DNA from: a virus
Lineage: Duplodnaviria; Caudoviricetes
Virus record (IMG/VR): IMGVR_UViG_3300033489_000034
Span: 1-36,346 of that record
Reading direction: 5' to 3' (one strand)
DNA length: 36,346 nt
Part shown: piece by piece, positions 9,409 to 18,372 of the stretch
How the letters are laid out: each line of letters begins with the position of its first letter
Position numbering within the stretch: the stretch's first letter is position 1
The notes under the pieces: model-generated
What the model saw: the letters and a program-made list of their open reading frames with translations, nothing else
Told to the model about the DNA's origin: nothing
Database searches by the model: none
Program-made: the position numbers and the translations under genes

Positions 9409-10146
9409 ATGAGAAGCGATACGCCGACTCCGGTGAGGTTCTGGTCCAAGGTCGACAGGTCAACCGACTGCTGGCTCTGGGGCGGAATGACCAACGGAGA
9501 CTCAGGTCAGTTCACCCTCGTCCGGCGCCCCAAGAACATCCGGACCCAAGCCCACGTCTACGCATGGACGGAAGCTAACGGACCACTCCCCGTCGGAGGA
9601 ATGCTGATCGACCAGTGCGGCAACAGGCTCTGTGTGCGACCAGAACACTGGGCCTTGGGCACATGCCGCGACCTTGAATTCCGGTCGGAACCTGCTGCCA
9701 TAGCACGCTTCTGGGCAAACGTAACCAAGTCCGACGACTGCTGGGAGTGGAGCAAGCACCGGACCGATCGTGGGTACGGGCAGGCAAGCCATCGAGGGAA
9801 GTTCTACCAAGCTCACAAGCTCGCATGGATCCTGACCAATGGCCCCGTCCCGGACGATCTGTTCGTGTGCCACCGCTGCGACAACCCGCCCTGCTGCCGC
9901 CCTGACCACTTGTTCCTCGGCACGCCCGCCGACAACAGCGAGGACATGGTTGCTAAGGGAAGATCCGCGAAGGTCGGAGGACTGTCGCACTACGGGGCGA
10001 AACTGAGTGCCGAGTTGGTGCGGGAGATCCGATCCAGATACGTGGCAGGAGACGTGTCCACGCACGATCTGGCCCGCGAGTACGGCGTCACCGCCATGAC
10101 GATCTGGAAGGTCGCTACCGGGAGGTCGTACCGCGACGTGACCTGA
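9409..10146 (+). CDS. HNH homing endonuclease (one degenerate and one intact HNH module, C-terminal HTH)
   Basis: RFWSKV..CWLW repeated; VCHRCDNPPCCRPDHLFLGTPADN; DLAREYGVT..TIWKV HTH. Only credible plus-strand gene in the window. Confidence 0.9.
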   Translation: MRSDTPTPVRFWSKVDRSTDCWLWGGMTNGDSGQFTLVRRPKNIRTQAHVYAWTEANGPLPVGGMLIDQCGNRLCVRPEHWALGTCRDLEFRSEPAAIARFWANVTKSDDCWEWSKHRTDRGYGQASHRGKFYQAHKLAWILTNGPVPDDLFVCHRCDNPPCCRPDHLFLGTPADNSEDMVAKGRSAKVGGLSHYGAKLSAELVREIRSRYVAGDVSTHDLAREYGVTAMTIWKVATGRSYRDVT

Positions 10147-10194
10147 CTCCTCGGGCTCCAGAGTGCTCGCGAGGTGGTCTGGGTCTGATGCTGG

Positions 10195-10226
10195 CCCGGT
10201 CGGCGCCCCAACGTCGGCCGGGTCTT
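10195..10226 (+). terminator. Hairpin downstream of the HNH gene
   Basis: 11-bp stem CCCGGTCGGCG/CGTCGGCCGGG that needs two G-U pairs (favours plus-strand RNA), followed by TCTT. Confidence 0.45.
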
Positions 10227-10292
10227 GTCGTACCTGATTATGCCACCTTGCCGATATCTGGGTTACCTCAACCCCCCGCCGTTATGGGCGGG

Positions 10293-11705
10293 TCAGACGA
10301 GCGCCGCGTGGATCAGCCCGGCGGCCAGTTTGAGGCCGTAGTACTTGTGCCCGTCGGCAGAAGGGTGGGCATGGTCGGTATAGATGAGGAAGTCCGCATT
10401 GCCGTCGTGCTGAAGCGCACCCATGTAGCCCGTGCCGGTGATCCACCCCTCCGCCTGAGGATCGGCGACCACCGTGATCCCTGCCGCCACTGCGGCGGCC
10501 TGAATCCCCTCTCGCATGGCCACGTACCCGCCCGCACCGGGATCACCGGAAGTCACGAACGGCAGCAGTACTCCGATCTTCGCGGATGGCGCGGCGGTCT
10601 TGAGTGCAGCGAACAGCAGGGCCGCCTCGGCGCCGACGAGGGCGTACTGGTCAAGGTCGTTCTGGCCGCCGGTCACCAGGATGCTGGTGTCGGACGTGAC
10701 CAGTGGGGTCACGTCCGAGGCGATCCGGTCGCGGTATTTCGGGTAGGGGTTCCCGCCGCCCGCGGTCTGTAAGTAGCCGGTGCCGCCCGCACCCGAGGAC
10801 ACAACCTCGATGCCCAGCAGTCTTCCCGCCTCGGTGGCGAACCCATCGAAGCGGGCTGCGGCGCCCGTTGCCGCCACGTACGAATCACCGATCGCGATGA
10901 GCCGCTTCCCGGTGGGGTCGGCTGGGGCTGCGATCGTTGCCGTGGAGTCACGGCGGACACCCCGGAACCGAGCATTGGCGCCCAGTTCAATACCGATCCG
11001 GTGCCAACCAGCATCCGGCAGGACCACGGTCACGTAGTAGTAGGCGCCGCCCGTGATGTTCGGCGTGAGCACGGTGGGGTTGATCGGCTGCCCGTCCATC
11101 CAGTATCGCGTGGAGAATGCACTACCAGCCGACTGGAAAAGCACCTCCATGGTCGTGGCTCCCCCGTGGTCGAACTCGACCAGCATGTCGAGGGCGCTCT
11201 TATATGTCTGGATTCCGGAGGACACGCAGGCGGTGTTGCTGAATGTGTTCGTGTCGAACTGGACCGGCACTGCGCGGGAGAACCGGAACTTGGTGCTGAC
11301 CGCCCCTGTGGTCGTGTTGGTGATGCTGAGCACGTCCGTACCGCCCGCAAGGCCGGTCGCGGCGGACGCGGCCGACGCGGTGACGGATGCGCCAGAGACC
11401 GCCGTCCGCAGCGTGGCCTGCCTGACACGCAGGCTGGCCTCCAGATCGGCCCGTCGTGCGATCGCGGCATAGGTGCCAGTCAGTGCAGCATCCGCGGCGA
11501 TCGACGTCGGTGTCATCACCGCGGCCGACCCGAGCCCGAGAGCCGTCCGCGCCGACGACGCGGACGCTAAGTCCGTGAGGTTCGCCGCCTTCTGCGCGGC
11601 ACTGTCGGCGAGGACGAGCGACGCGTCAACAGCGGACGCGAGATCATCCGTGGTGATGCTGCCATCCACGATGTCCGCGCCCGTGTACCGGCGGTACAGC
11701 GGCAT
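10293..11705 (-). CDS. SGNH/GDSL hydrolase with fibre-like N-terminal anchor
   Basis: Blocks GDSY, GAGGTGY, GGQND and DHAHP; N-terminal NLTDL..ARTALGLGSAA fibre-type motif. Confidence 0.85.
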   Translation of the reverse strand: MPLYRRYTGADIVDGSITTDDLASAVDASLVLADSAAQKAANLTDLASASSARTALGLGSAAVMTPTSIAADAALTGTYAAIARRADLEASLRVRQATLRTAVSGASVTASAASAATGLAGGTDVLSITNTTTGAVSTKFRFSRAVPVQFDTNTFSNTACVSSGIQTYKSALDMLVEFDHGGATTMEVLFQSAGSAFSTRYWMDGQPINPTVLTPNITGGAYYYVTVVLPDAGWHRIGIELGANARFRGVRRDSTATIAAPADPTGKRLIAIGDSYVAATGAAARFDGFATEAGRLLGIEVVSSGAGGTGYLQTAGGGNPYPKYRDRIASDVTPLVTSDTSILVTGGQNDLDQYALVGAEAALLFAALKTAAPSAKIGVLLPFVTSGDPGAGGYVAMREGIQAAAVAAGITVVADPQAEGWITGTGYMGALQHDGNADFLIYTDHAHPSADGHKYYGLKLAAGLIHAALV

Positions 11706-11733
11706 GATCAGCTCACCTCGATATCGTCAGTCA

Positions 11734-12054
11734 TCAGGAAACCTCGGTCACGTAGGCGTACCCGTTCGCGCTGACCCACGCCCCGGTGACGATGCCCGCA
11801 TAGCAGCCGCCCACGACATCACCGGACGCGTACACGGCAGTGATCGGCGGAAGCTCGTAGATGCCACCCGCGGGAATGCTCACCGTGTACGAGTTCGATG
11901 CGGCAGCCGTTCCGAACTTGAGGTAGAGGACCTGCGTGGAGGCGTTCTCGACGATCAACTGCCGTCGGACGTCGTTCGCCGCCTGCAACGTGACCGATGT
12001 GGCCGAGGACGCGACCTGGGTCACGGTCGCTGTGGATGCCGCAGCGGCAGGCAT
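11734..12054 (-). CDS. Small beta-rich probable virion protein
   Basis: 106 aa, GGGAG RBS, AANDVRRQLIVEN..LYLKFG; head-tail region. Confidence 0.6.
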   Translation of the reverse strand: MPAAAASTATVTQVASSATSVTLQAANDVRRQLIVENASTQVLYLKFGTAAASNSYTVSIPAGGIYELPPITAVYASGDVVGGCYAGIVTGAWVSANGYAYVTEVS

Positions 12055-12069
12055 GGTGTCTCCCAGTGG

Positions 12070-12417
12070 TCAGCGGGTGACGTCGCCGAGGGCGCCCGTC
12101 ATGATCAGTTGCGGGTGGATGCCCGTCTTCCGGGGCTCAGGGTGAGGGCACGGGGTCGGCGCGATCGGGAGGCGTCGGGAGCACGTGCCGTACTCTAGGA
12201 AGTTCGCATATGGGGCACCCGCTACCACCGCGGAACCGTGCTCATCCCGGTCCTCCACCACCAGCAGCCGCAGGTACTCGCCCGTATCCGCGTGAGGCGT
12301 CGCCCGCCGGACAGCCGCAGCATGCAGAGCGACCGCAGCGTCATGCACCCCAGCCATGACGGCCGGATTCCGGCGCAACTCCCGCTCCAAGTTCGGGTTC
12401 ACCCGGAACCGGGTCAC
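12070..12417 (-). CDS. Tail completion/neck protein (HK97 gp10-like)
   Basis: TPHADTGEY and APYANFLEYGT motifs. Confidence 0.8.
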   Translation of the reverse strand: MTRFRVNPNLERELRRNPAVMAGVHDAAVALHAAAVRRATPHADTGEYLRLLVVEDRDEHGSAVVAGAPYANFLEYGTCSRRLPIAPTPCPHPEPRKTGIHPQLIMTGALGDVTR

Positions 12418-13046
12418 GCTGTGCCCGGCCCGGTCCGGCGCAGCGTGGCCGTCGAGTGGGTGCCGCCCACATTGTCCGCGTGCACCAACGGGTCACCATT
12501 CAGGTGGAAGACGACCGACCCGAAGTGGACGGTGCTGTAGGCGTCCACGCCCCGGCCCGCGAGGTCCCCGTCCACAGTCAACGTCCACGACTGCGACCGC
12601 CGCTGCCCATCCGACGCGGACTCAGTGGACGACACCGGATCAACCCGTCCCGCCAGCACAACCCCAGTCGCCGACGGGACGCGCCTCGTGGTGCCGTACG
12701 CGTCAGTGCTAGTCGTGGTCGGGTAGACGGTGACCGTGTCCGGCAGATCCCCCACCACGTCCGAACGAGTCGTGCAGTAGACGATCGCGTGCCGCATCCA
12801 CGGGCCCGTCGTGTCATACACCCGCGTCCCGCCGACCACACACGAGACACCCTTCACGGTGAGCGCGGCCAACCGGGCTGGCTCGGCACCGGCCCGACAG
12901 ATCAGCTTCCGCGAGTAGGGGATCTTGAGTCCGCCATCCGTCGTGAACGTCCCCCGGCCGCCCGCATCCGTGAGGACCACAGTGCATCGCAGCGAGCCCG
13001 TCGGGGTAGTCACCGTGTCCCGCAGGACCACCAGAGGCACGTCCAC
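12414..13046 (-). CDS. Head-to-tail stopper (head closure), N-terminally extended
   Basis: DTVTVYP..DAYG..GRVDP and GDPL..H..ATLRR in the C-terminal half; follows the adaptor gene. Confidence 0.7.
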   Translation of the reverse strand: MDVPLVVLRDTVTTPTGSLRCTVVLTDAGGRGTFTTDGGLKIPYSRKLICRAGAEPARLAALTVKGVSCVVGGTRVYDTTGPWMRHAIVYCTTRSDVVGDLPDTVTVYPTTTSTDAYGTTRRVPSATGVVLAGRVDPVSSTESASDGQRRSQSWTLTVDGDLAGRGVDAYSTVHFGSVVFHLNGDPLVHADNVGGTHSTATLRRTGPGTA

Positions 13047-13047
13047 G

Positions 13048-13446
13048 TCAGGGCTGCCAGGGACCGGTCAGGATCGGGTTACCCACCGAATCCACCGCGG
13101 TACGCAGCACCTCGACCGCGTCCGGGGCTTCCCTCGACAGGCTCCCGCTGATGGACGGGCCGGACCCGACACCGATGGAATTCAGCCCGGAAGCCACCCC
13201 AGCCTCATCCCCCGTCTCCAACCACCAGCACGCCTGCGCGCACGTCGCATCCCGCAACGCCGCGATCACACCCGTATCGGTGGGAAGTCCGTCGTCGTCC
13301 ACGTCGTACACGGCCCGCATCAGCAGCGTGTCGATCATCCGGGACGCACGCGACAGCAGCCGGACAGCATCCCCGCCCGTCGGGGCGGTAATCCCCGTAG
13401 GCAGGAAGTCGGACGCCGCAAGCTCGGCCGCTGTCGCGTACGCCAC
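13048..13446 (-). CDS. Head-to-tail adaptor
   Basis: MAYATAAEL..LLSRASRMID..LRDATCAQ..APDAVEVL, typical of actinophage adaptors. Confidence 0.85.
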   Translation of the reverse strand: MAYATAAELAASDFLPTGITAPTGGDAVRLLSRASRMIDTLLMRAVYDVDDDGLPTDTGVIAALRDATCAQACWWLETGDEAGVASGLNSIGVGSGPSISGSLSREAPDAVEVLRTAVDSVGNPILTGPWQP

Positions 13447-13453
13447 CGGAGGC

Positions 13454-13858
13454 TCAGAGGACCATCTGCGCGTGGATGCTGCACGTCACCGTCGGCGTCG
13501 ACGTCCCGCCGACCGTGGCCACGTACCGGAAGTGCTCACCGATCGGCCTGTTGACGTAGGTGTTCGTCGCGGCGATACACCCCGGGTACACGACCAGGCT
13601 GGTCGCTCCCGGCGTCCCCGCGTCGATCGCCGCCGTCGTCGCCCCAGTGACATCCACCCACCGGCCCGCACCCGCAGCCGCCTGCGGCAGGTACTCCTGC
13701 AACTTCACGGTCAGCGTCGGGCTGGTTCCAGTGGATGCGGTGATGTCGGCGGTCAGGATCAGCCCCCGGTACGCGGTGGAGTCCTGCTTCTCGCCGTTGT
13801 GCGCGCCGCTCGACAGGGTGCCGGACTGCAGGAGCGGGTACGTCTCATTCTCGGCCAC
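13454..13858 (-). CDS. Probable virion structural/decoration protein
   Basis: GTG 13858 with GGAG RBS; Thr-rich beta protein (GTSPTLTVKLQE, HFRYVATVGGT). Confidence 0.6.
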   Translation of the reverse strand: MAENETYPLLQSGTLSSGAHNGEKQDSTAYRGLILTADITASTGTSPTLTVKLQEYLPQAAAGAGRWVDVTGATTAAIDAGTPGATSLVVYPGCIAATNTYVNRPIGEHFRYVATVGGTSTPTVTCSIHAQMVL

Positions 13859-13875
13859 GGGGGCTCCAATCAGGG

Positions 13876-14901
13876 TTATTGGCGGGGATCCCACCGTTTG
13901 GCGGTGGCTTGTGCTTGCTCCCTGGCTTTCGGGGTGAGCGCGACACGCGCCCTCCTGCGCCATGCGCGTGCCGTGCGGGACAGGTACCGGCGTTGCGCCC
14001 GCGCCACCCGATCCACCGACGGAGACGGACGGGCACGGCGGCCCCCGCCCGGGATCACGGCGGTGAGACGGTGCTGACACCACGGATGCCACACCCCAGC
14101 CGCACGCGACTCAGGCAGAGTCCCAGCACACCGGACCTCCACCAGCCGGCCAGCCGGGGACGGCACCCAGTAGACGCCGGCAGGCGACCCATCCAGGGAG
14201 ACGGTCTTGCCCTCCCAATCGCGGCACGCCCTGTGCAAGGTGTGGTTGACGCTGATCCGCGCGAACCTGACCCTGGCGTTGCGGCACACGTCCAGGTAGG
14301 CGTTGAGGGCGGCCTCCGCGTACTGCGCCCGGACCGCCGTCTCCACGTAATGCTCAAGGGACCAGTTACGCCCGGCAGCGTCCGTGTACCCCGTGATCCC
14401 CCGGTTGGCCAGGTCATCCAAGACGCGCTGAATGTCGCGGGTCGGGTCACCCGTCGCCGACTGGCCCGCCCGCACACCCGCCCGGAACGCCTCCTCCATC
14501 ACCGCCTGGATCCTCTGGTGGGAGGACGTCAGCACGACCAGGACGGCCCGGACCGTGACCGGTGACACGTCAGGGAGGGGTCCGTCCCACCTGGCGTCGG
14601 CGGCAGCCTCACGGGCCGCGCGCTGAACGATCTCGGTCAGGTCCCGCTCCACCATCGGACCCAGGCGGGCCGTCAACTCAACGAGAGCCCGACGCACCGA
14701 GGTGCGGAACCGCGGCAACCCGCCGAGGACACGGGTCGCCCACGACGGGACCGGAACACCCGGGGTCGGAGCAAGATACGCGGCCAGCACAGCCAGCAGA
14801 CCAGCGATCAGGGCCGCGTAGGCGGCGGGCACACTGTCTGGCTGCGGTGTGCCGTCGTCCTGCGTCGCATACGGGTCAGTGACCGCAGGAGACAACGGCA
14901 C
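13876..14901 (-). CDS. Minor capsid protein (MuF / Phage_min_cap2-like)
   Basis: GITGYTDAAGRNWSLEHYV, C..WEGK, HPWCQH and basic C-terminal helix. Confidence 0.85.
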   Translation of the reverse strand: MPLSPAVTDPYATQDDGTPQPDSVPAAYAALIAGLLAVLAAYLAPTPGVPVPSWATRVLGGLPRFRTSVRRALVELTARLGPMVERDLTEIVQRAAREAAADARWDGPLPDVSPVTVRAVLVVLTSSHQRIQAVMEEAFRAGVRAGQSATGDPTRDIQRVLDDLANRGITGYTDAAGRNWSLEHYVETAVRAQYAEAALNAYLDVCRNARVRFARISVNHTLHRACRDWEGKTVSLDGSPAGVYWVPSPAGRLVEVRCAGTLPESRAAGVWHPWCQHRLTAVIPGGGRRARPSPSVDRVARAQRRYLSRTARAWRRRARVALTPKAREQAQATAKRWDPRQ

Positions 14902-14910
14902 GACAGCCCC

Positions 14911-15078
14911 CTACTCGCTCAGTTCCCGGCCGTCCAGTGAGTGGTGAACGACCAGCCACCCGTTCGACCCGTCATCACGGAACACAGCCTCGGTGGCCGG
15001 ACCGCACAGGCAATCCCCACCATCGGTGTCGTGCTCGATCAGGTCACCGACCGGGTAGACGTGGACAGGGACGCTCAC
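14911..15078 (-). CDS. Small His/Cys-rich hypothetical protein
   Basis: HVYPVGDLIEH..CLCGP..WLVVHHSLDGRE; probable GTG start at 15078. Confidence 0.65.
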   Translation of the reverse strand: MSVPVHVYPVGDLIEHDTDGGDCLCGPATEAVFRDDGSNGWLVVHHSLDGRELSE

Positions 15079-15086
15079 GGCCGGTA

Positions 15087-15401
15087 TCAGACTCGCGCAG
15101 GCCATGCGTATGTGCGCGGCCCCTCGCCCTCCTTGACCGAGCATGCCCACAGGGTGTCGTTCCCGTCGAGCATGACCTGCCCGTTGACGTGCGACTCCGG
15201 GGTGTCACCCCACGTGCGCGTGATGATCAGCGGGAACACGTCGCCAGCGGCGACCGAGTTGCCGAAGTGCGCGATGTACCCCTGGGCGCTCTCCCGGATG
15301 GAACGCAGGTTGAGGGATGCGTCCGACCGACGCTTGTTGATGGCATCCGCGTCCTGCTCGCTCAGCGTGTAGTGGACGATGCGGCCGATGGTGGGGGTCA
15401 T
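15087..15401 (-). CDS. Conserved hypothetical phage protein
   Basis: PTIGRIVHY..PLIITR.W..VNGQV.LDG..W..WP pattern; GGAG RBS. Confidence 0.75.
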   Translation of the reverse strand: MTPTIGRIVHYTLSEQDADAINKRRSDASLNLRSIRESAQGYIAHFGNSVAAGDVFPLIITRTWGDTPESHVNGQVMLDGNDTLWACSVKEGEGPRTYAWPARV

Positions 15402-15404
15402 GTG

Positions 15405-16649
15405 CTACTCCGCAGTCTTGTAGTGGTCGATGATCTGAGCCTTCGTCATGCCGTCCACCGTGTCCCCGAGGCCAGCCGTCCGCCCGTAGGACCGCCACTC
15501 CTCCACCGACGCACGAACCGGCGGGCGCGCCGTCAGATCCGAGTCATCCGCGGGGGCAGCCTCGACGGGAGGGTCCGGGAGGGAGAACGTCTCCACAACC
15601 TCGGGCAGGTTCACCGTCTCCACGGGACGCGCACGGTCACGCATGATGCGCTCAGCAGCCTCGGAGGCCGTCTCGCCCGGAGGGTTGCCGACAGTGACGG
15701 TCACAGTCCCGGACATGGGTGACCCGTCCGCAGACACGTAGCCTGCCGCTGCCGCCTGGACAGTGGCGGACCCGGTCTCGGCGAGGGAGCGCCGGAAGTC
15801 GTCGTCCCGCAGCGGCTGCGGTGCAGGCTCAGAGATCAACACCCAGTTTCCGAGCCTGTCCAGCCTCGCGTTCCGGGTCGGGAACTCATGGGTAGACCCG
15901 TCGTTCCGGTTTCTGTACTTCCACATCGTGGTCTCCCTGGTCTCGACCTCGCGTCCAGCGAGGAACTCCCTCATCCGGCCCTCACTCGCGGCCCGCGCGT
16001 ACTCCGCCAAGAGCCGCCGGCCAGCCAGGGACCCCGTCCCCCGGGGCGGCACCTGATTCCCGGACGCCATCCCCGCGGTCAGCCCGACCCGGTCCATCGG
16101 CGGATGCCACAGATGCCAGAGGGGTTCCGTGGACCGCCACGGCGGCCCGTACAGGGCGGTGAGGGCTACACCCCACGCCGCGTCCTCCTGACCCCAACCC
16201 ACGAACCGCGGATCCAGCGGGCACGCCTCATACACGTCCCTGCGCAGCACGACACAACCGCCGCCCACCATGCCGACGTACGGGCGCTGCTCCACCCGCT
16301 GCTCAATCAGCGGGCCACCGAACACCTCAGTCCCGTACAGGACATCGGTCGCGCCCTTGGTGAGGCGGTGTATGAGGGTGTGAGGGACAGCCCACGCCGC
16401 CCCAGACTCGACGGCAGCGACAGCCGCCACCACACCCGGACACCACACGTCCGCATCAGCGATGACGAGGACATCCCCGGCCGCCCGGGACAACGCATCC
16501 TCGACCGCCAACGCCTTCACCCATGGACCGTCCGGGCACATACCCTCGACGACCTCCCACCCGAGCCCAGCCCAACGCCCGGACAGGTGCACCCACGCCC
16601 GGTCCCGCTCCGCACCATCAGCACGAAACGGGACCAGGACAGTGGGCAT
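15405..16649 (-). CDS. GT-A glycosyltransferase (GT2/GT7-C-like) fused in frame to a head-region protein
   Basis: VLVPFR, VIADAD (DxD), DPRFVGWGQED, LWHLWH; internal ATG 15926 with AGGGAG RBS starts a second domain ending in a small helical module. Confidence 0.8.
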   Translation of the reverse strand: MPTVLVPFRADGAERDRAWVHLSGRWAGLGWEVVEGMCPDGPWVKALAVEDALSRAAGDVLVIADADVWCPGVVAAVAAVESGAAWAVPHTLIHRLTKGATDVLYGTEVFGGPLIEQRVEQRPYVGMVGGGCVVLRRDVYEACPLDPRFVGWGQEDAAWGVALTALYGPPWRSTEPLWHLWHPPMDRVGLTAGMASGNQVPPRGTGSLAGRRLLAEYARAASEGRMREFLAGREVETRETTMWKYRNRNDGSTHEFPTRNARLDRLGNWVLISEPAPQPLRDDDFRRSLAETGSATVQAAAAGYVSADGSPMSGTVTVTVGNPPGETASEAAERIMRDRARPVETVNLPEVVETFSLPDPPVEAAPADDSDLTARPPVRASVEEWRSYGRTAGLGDTVDGMTKAQIIDHYKTAE

Positions 16650-16653
16650 CAGA

Positions 16654-17565
16654 TCAGGACGCGTTCTGCCAGATCAGGCACGCCCGGTTGGCGTCGAGGG
16701 TCTTCACGCCGAACAGCAGGTCGATCGACAGGACATCCTTCTTGTGCGTGTAGTCGTACGACCACACGCAGCGCACCCCGACCCCGTCAGCCTCCTCATA
16801 CCACGACTTCGCGGCCCCCTCCGGCAGCAACAGCGGGCGCGTCACGAACGCGACAGCGGTCCGGTGGAACGCGACACCGATCTCACTGTCGCCGCCGCTG
16901 ACGTGGGTCGTCTTGTACGGCTCGAACCCGAACAGACGGTTCCCCAAGTAGGCCTGGGTGCGGCCGACGATGTCACCACGATCACTCGCCTTGGTGAGCA
17001 GGTCGTCGCCCTGCCACTTCGCCGCCGTGGTCGGGCCGATGACGGCGTACCGCTCGTCCTCCGGGACGAGCCGGGTGTCCAGGACGCGCCCGGCGTCGAT
17101 CATGACGCGGGGGTTGTCCCAATCCCACGCGTTCGTCCCTGCGACGCCAGTCGTGACACTGCCCTTGGTGCCGACCTCCTGGACGATGTCGTTGCGGAAC
17201 GCGAGGATCGCCTGGTCGACAGCCTTCGCGTGCGCCTGCATCACCGGGGTGATGACCTGCACCTGCAGATCCTTGATGTCGAGGGCGCGTTCCTTCGCAC
17301 CGAACGAAATCGAGATGTCCTTGTGGGTGTTCAGGACGACAGGGATCGACGACTCAGTGACGTTCTGGAGTTCAATCCCGTCCGCCTCGACGAAGTCCTT
17401 CGCCTCGAACGTCGCGGGCTTGCGGATGGTGACCGTGTCACCGGCGCCCTGAACAAACTCCCGCTCGTAGTCGCGGTGGACCAGCCTGAGCATCGTGGAC
17501 TGCTGGATCAGGTTCGCCAACGCGATCTTCGCCACGATCGACGGCTTGATGAATGTGTTCGCCAT
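16654..17565 (-). CDS. Major capsid protein (P22 coat-like family)
   Basis: 303 aa; GDTVTIRKP, LDTRLVPEDERY, AFHRTA.AFVTRPL, SIDLLFGVKTLD; AGAGG RBS. Confidence 0.92.
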   Translation of the reverse strand: MANTFIKPSIVAKIALANLIQQSTMLRLVHRDYEREFVQGAGDTVTIRKPATFEAKDFVEADGIELQNVTESSIPVVLNTHKDISISFGAKERALDIKDLQVQVITPVMQAHAKAVDQAILAFRNDIVQEVGTKGSVTTGVAGTNAWDWDNPRVMIDAGRVLDTRLVPEDERYAVIGPTTAAKWQGDDLLTKASDRGDIVGRTQAYLGNRLFGFEPYKTTHVSGGDSEIGVAFHRTAVAFVTRPLLLPEGAAKSWYEEADGVGVRCVWSYDYTHKKDVLSIDLLFGVKTLDANRACLIWQNAS

Positions 17566-17607
17566 GACGGCGTCCTCTCTTCGGTTACCGCCGCTCTGGC
17601 GGGTTGA

Positions 17608-18372
17608 TCATCGGCGCTTCGTGAACCCTGCGTCGATGAGGTCGTCAACGGACATGTGGTCAAGGTCGCGGGGGGCAGTCCCGGCCGTGGTTGTCCCGCC
17701 GGACGCGCGGGCCGCGGCGGTCTTCTTGGTGGCCTTCAGGTCGGGGTTCGCCTCAACCTCGGCCTCGACGAGTTCAGCGACGGCGACACGGAACGCCGCC
17801 TTGTCGGCGGAGTCGACCGCCGCGACCTTCGCCATGAAGGCGCGGGAATCCGTGAGCCTCCCCGGGGACGCGTCGTGCATTGCTGCCGCATCCTGGACGG
17901 CGACCTCACGGAGCAGTTCGAGGAGTTCGTTGCCGCGCGCCTCAGCGTCCTTGCGTGCCTGGTCGCGTTCCTGCGTGATGCGTTCGGCGACCTGCTCGGG
18001 GGTGAGTGCCGGCTCGGCGTCGACGAGCCCCAGCGCCTTCGCGGCCCGGTCCTTCCACTCCTTGTCCCGCGCGTCGATCGACGTCTTGAGCTGCAGTTCG
18101 GCCTCCGCGAGTGCCGCGGTGCGGGCGGACTTAGCGGCCTGGTCCTTCGCTGCGGTGCGGTCCTTCGCGTTCTCCCGGCGCAGCTTGGCGATCTCCTTGC
18201 GGAGGTCGTCTGCGGTGAGATCGTCGGTCGGGTCGCCCTGCGACCCCTCGTCGTTCTCGCCGTCCGTGTCGTCCGTGTCGTCCGCGACCTGGACGGTCGC
18301 GTCAGGCTCCTGGCCCTCCACGGCGGTCGTGTCGTCCCCGGACTGGGTGGTGTCGTCCTCGGTGTCGGGCAT
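17608..18372 (-). CDS. Scaffolding protein
   Basis: ATG 18372 with AGGAG RBS; acidic N-terminus, IAKLRRENAKDR coiled coil, LTDSRAF motif. Confidence 0.88.
   Translation of the reverse strand: MPDTEDDTTQSGDDTTAVEGQEPDATVQVADDTDDTDGENDEGSQGDPTDDLTADDLRKEIAKLRRENAKDRTAAKDQAAKSARTAALAEAELQLKTSIDARDKEWKDRAAKALGLVDAEPALTPEQVAERITQERDQARKDAEARGNELLELLREVAVQDAAAMHDASPGRLTDSRAFMAKVAAVDSADKAAFRVAVAELVEAEVEANPDLKATKKTAAARASGGTTTAGTAPRDLDHMSVDDLIDAGFTKRR

Noticed and set aside
9191-10292. Group I intron carrying the HNH
   Set aside because: Both flanking genes are intact, the HNH is antisense to the late transcript, and no P7-type core was recognised.
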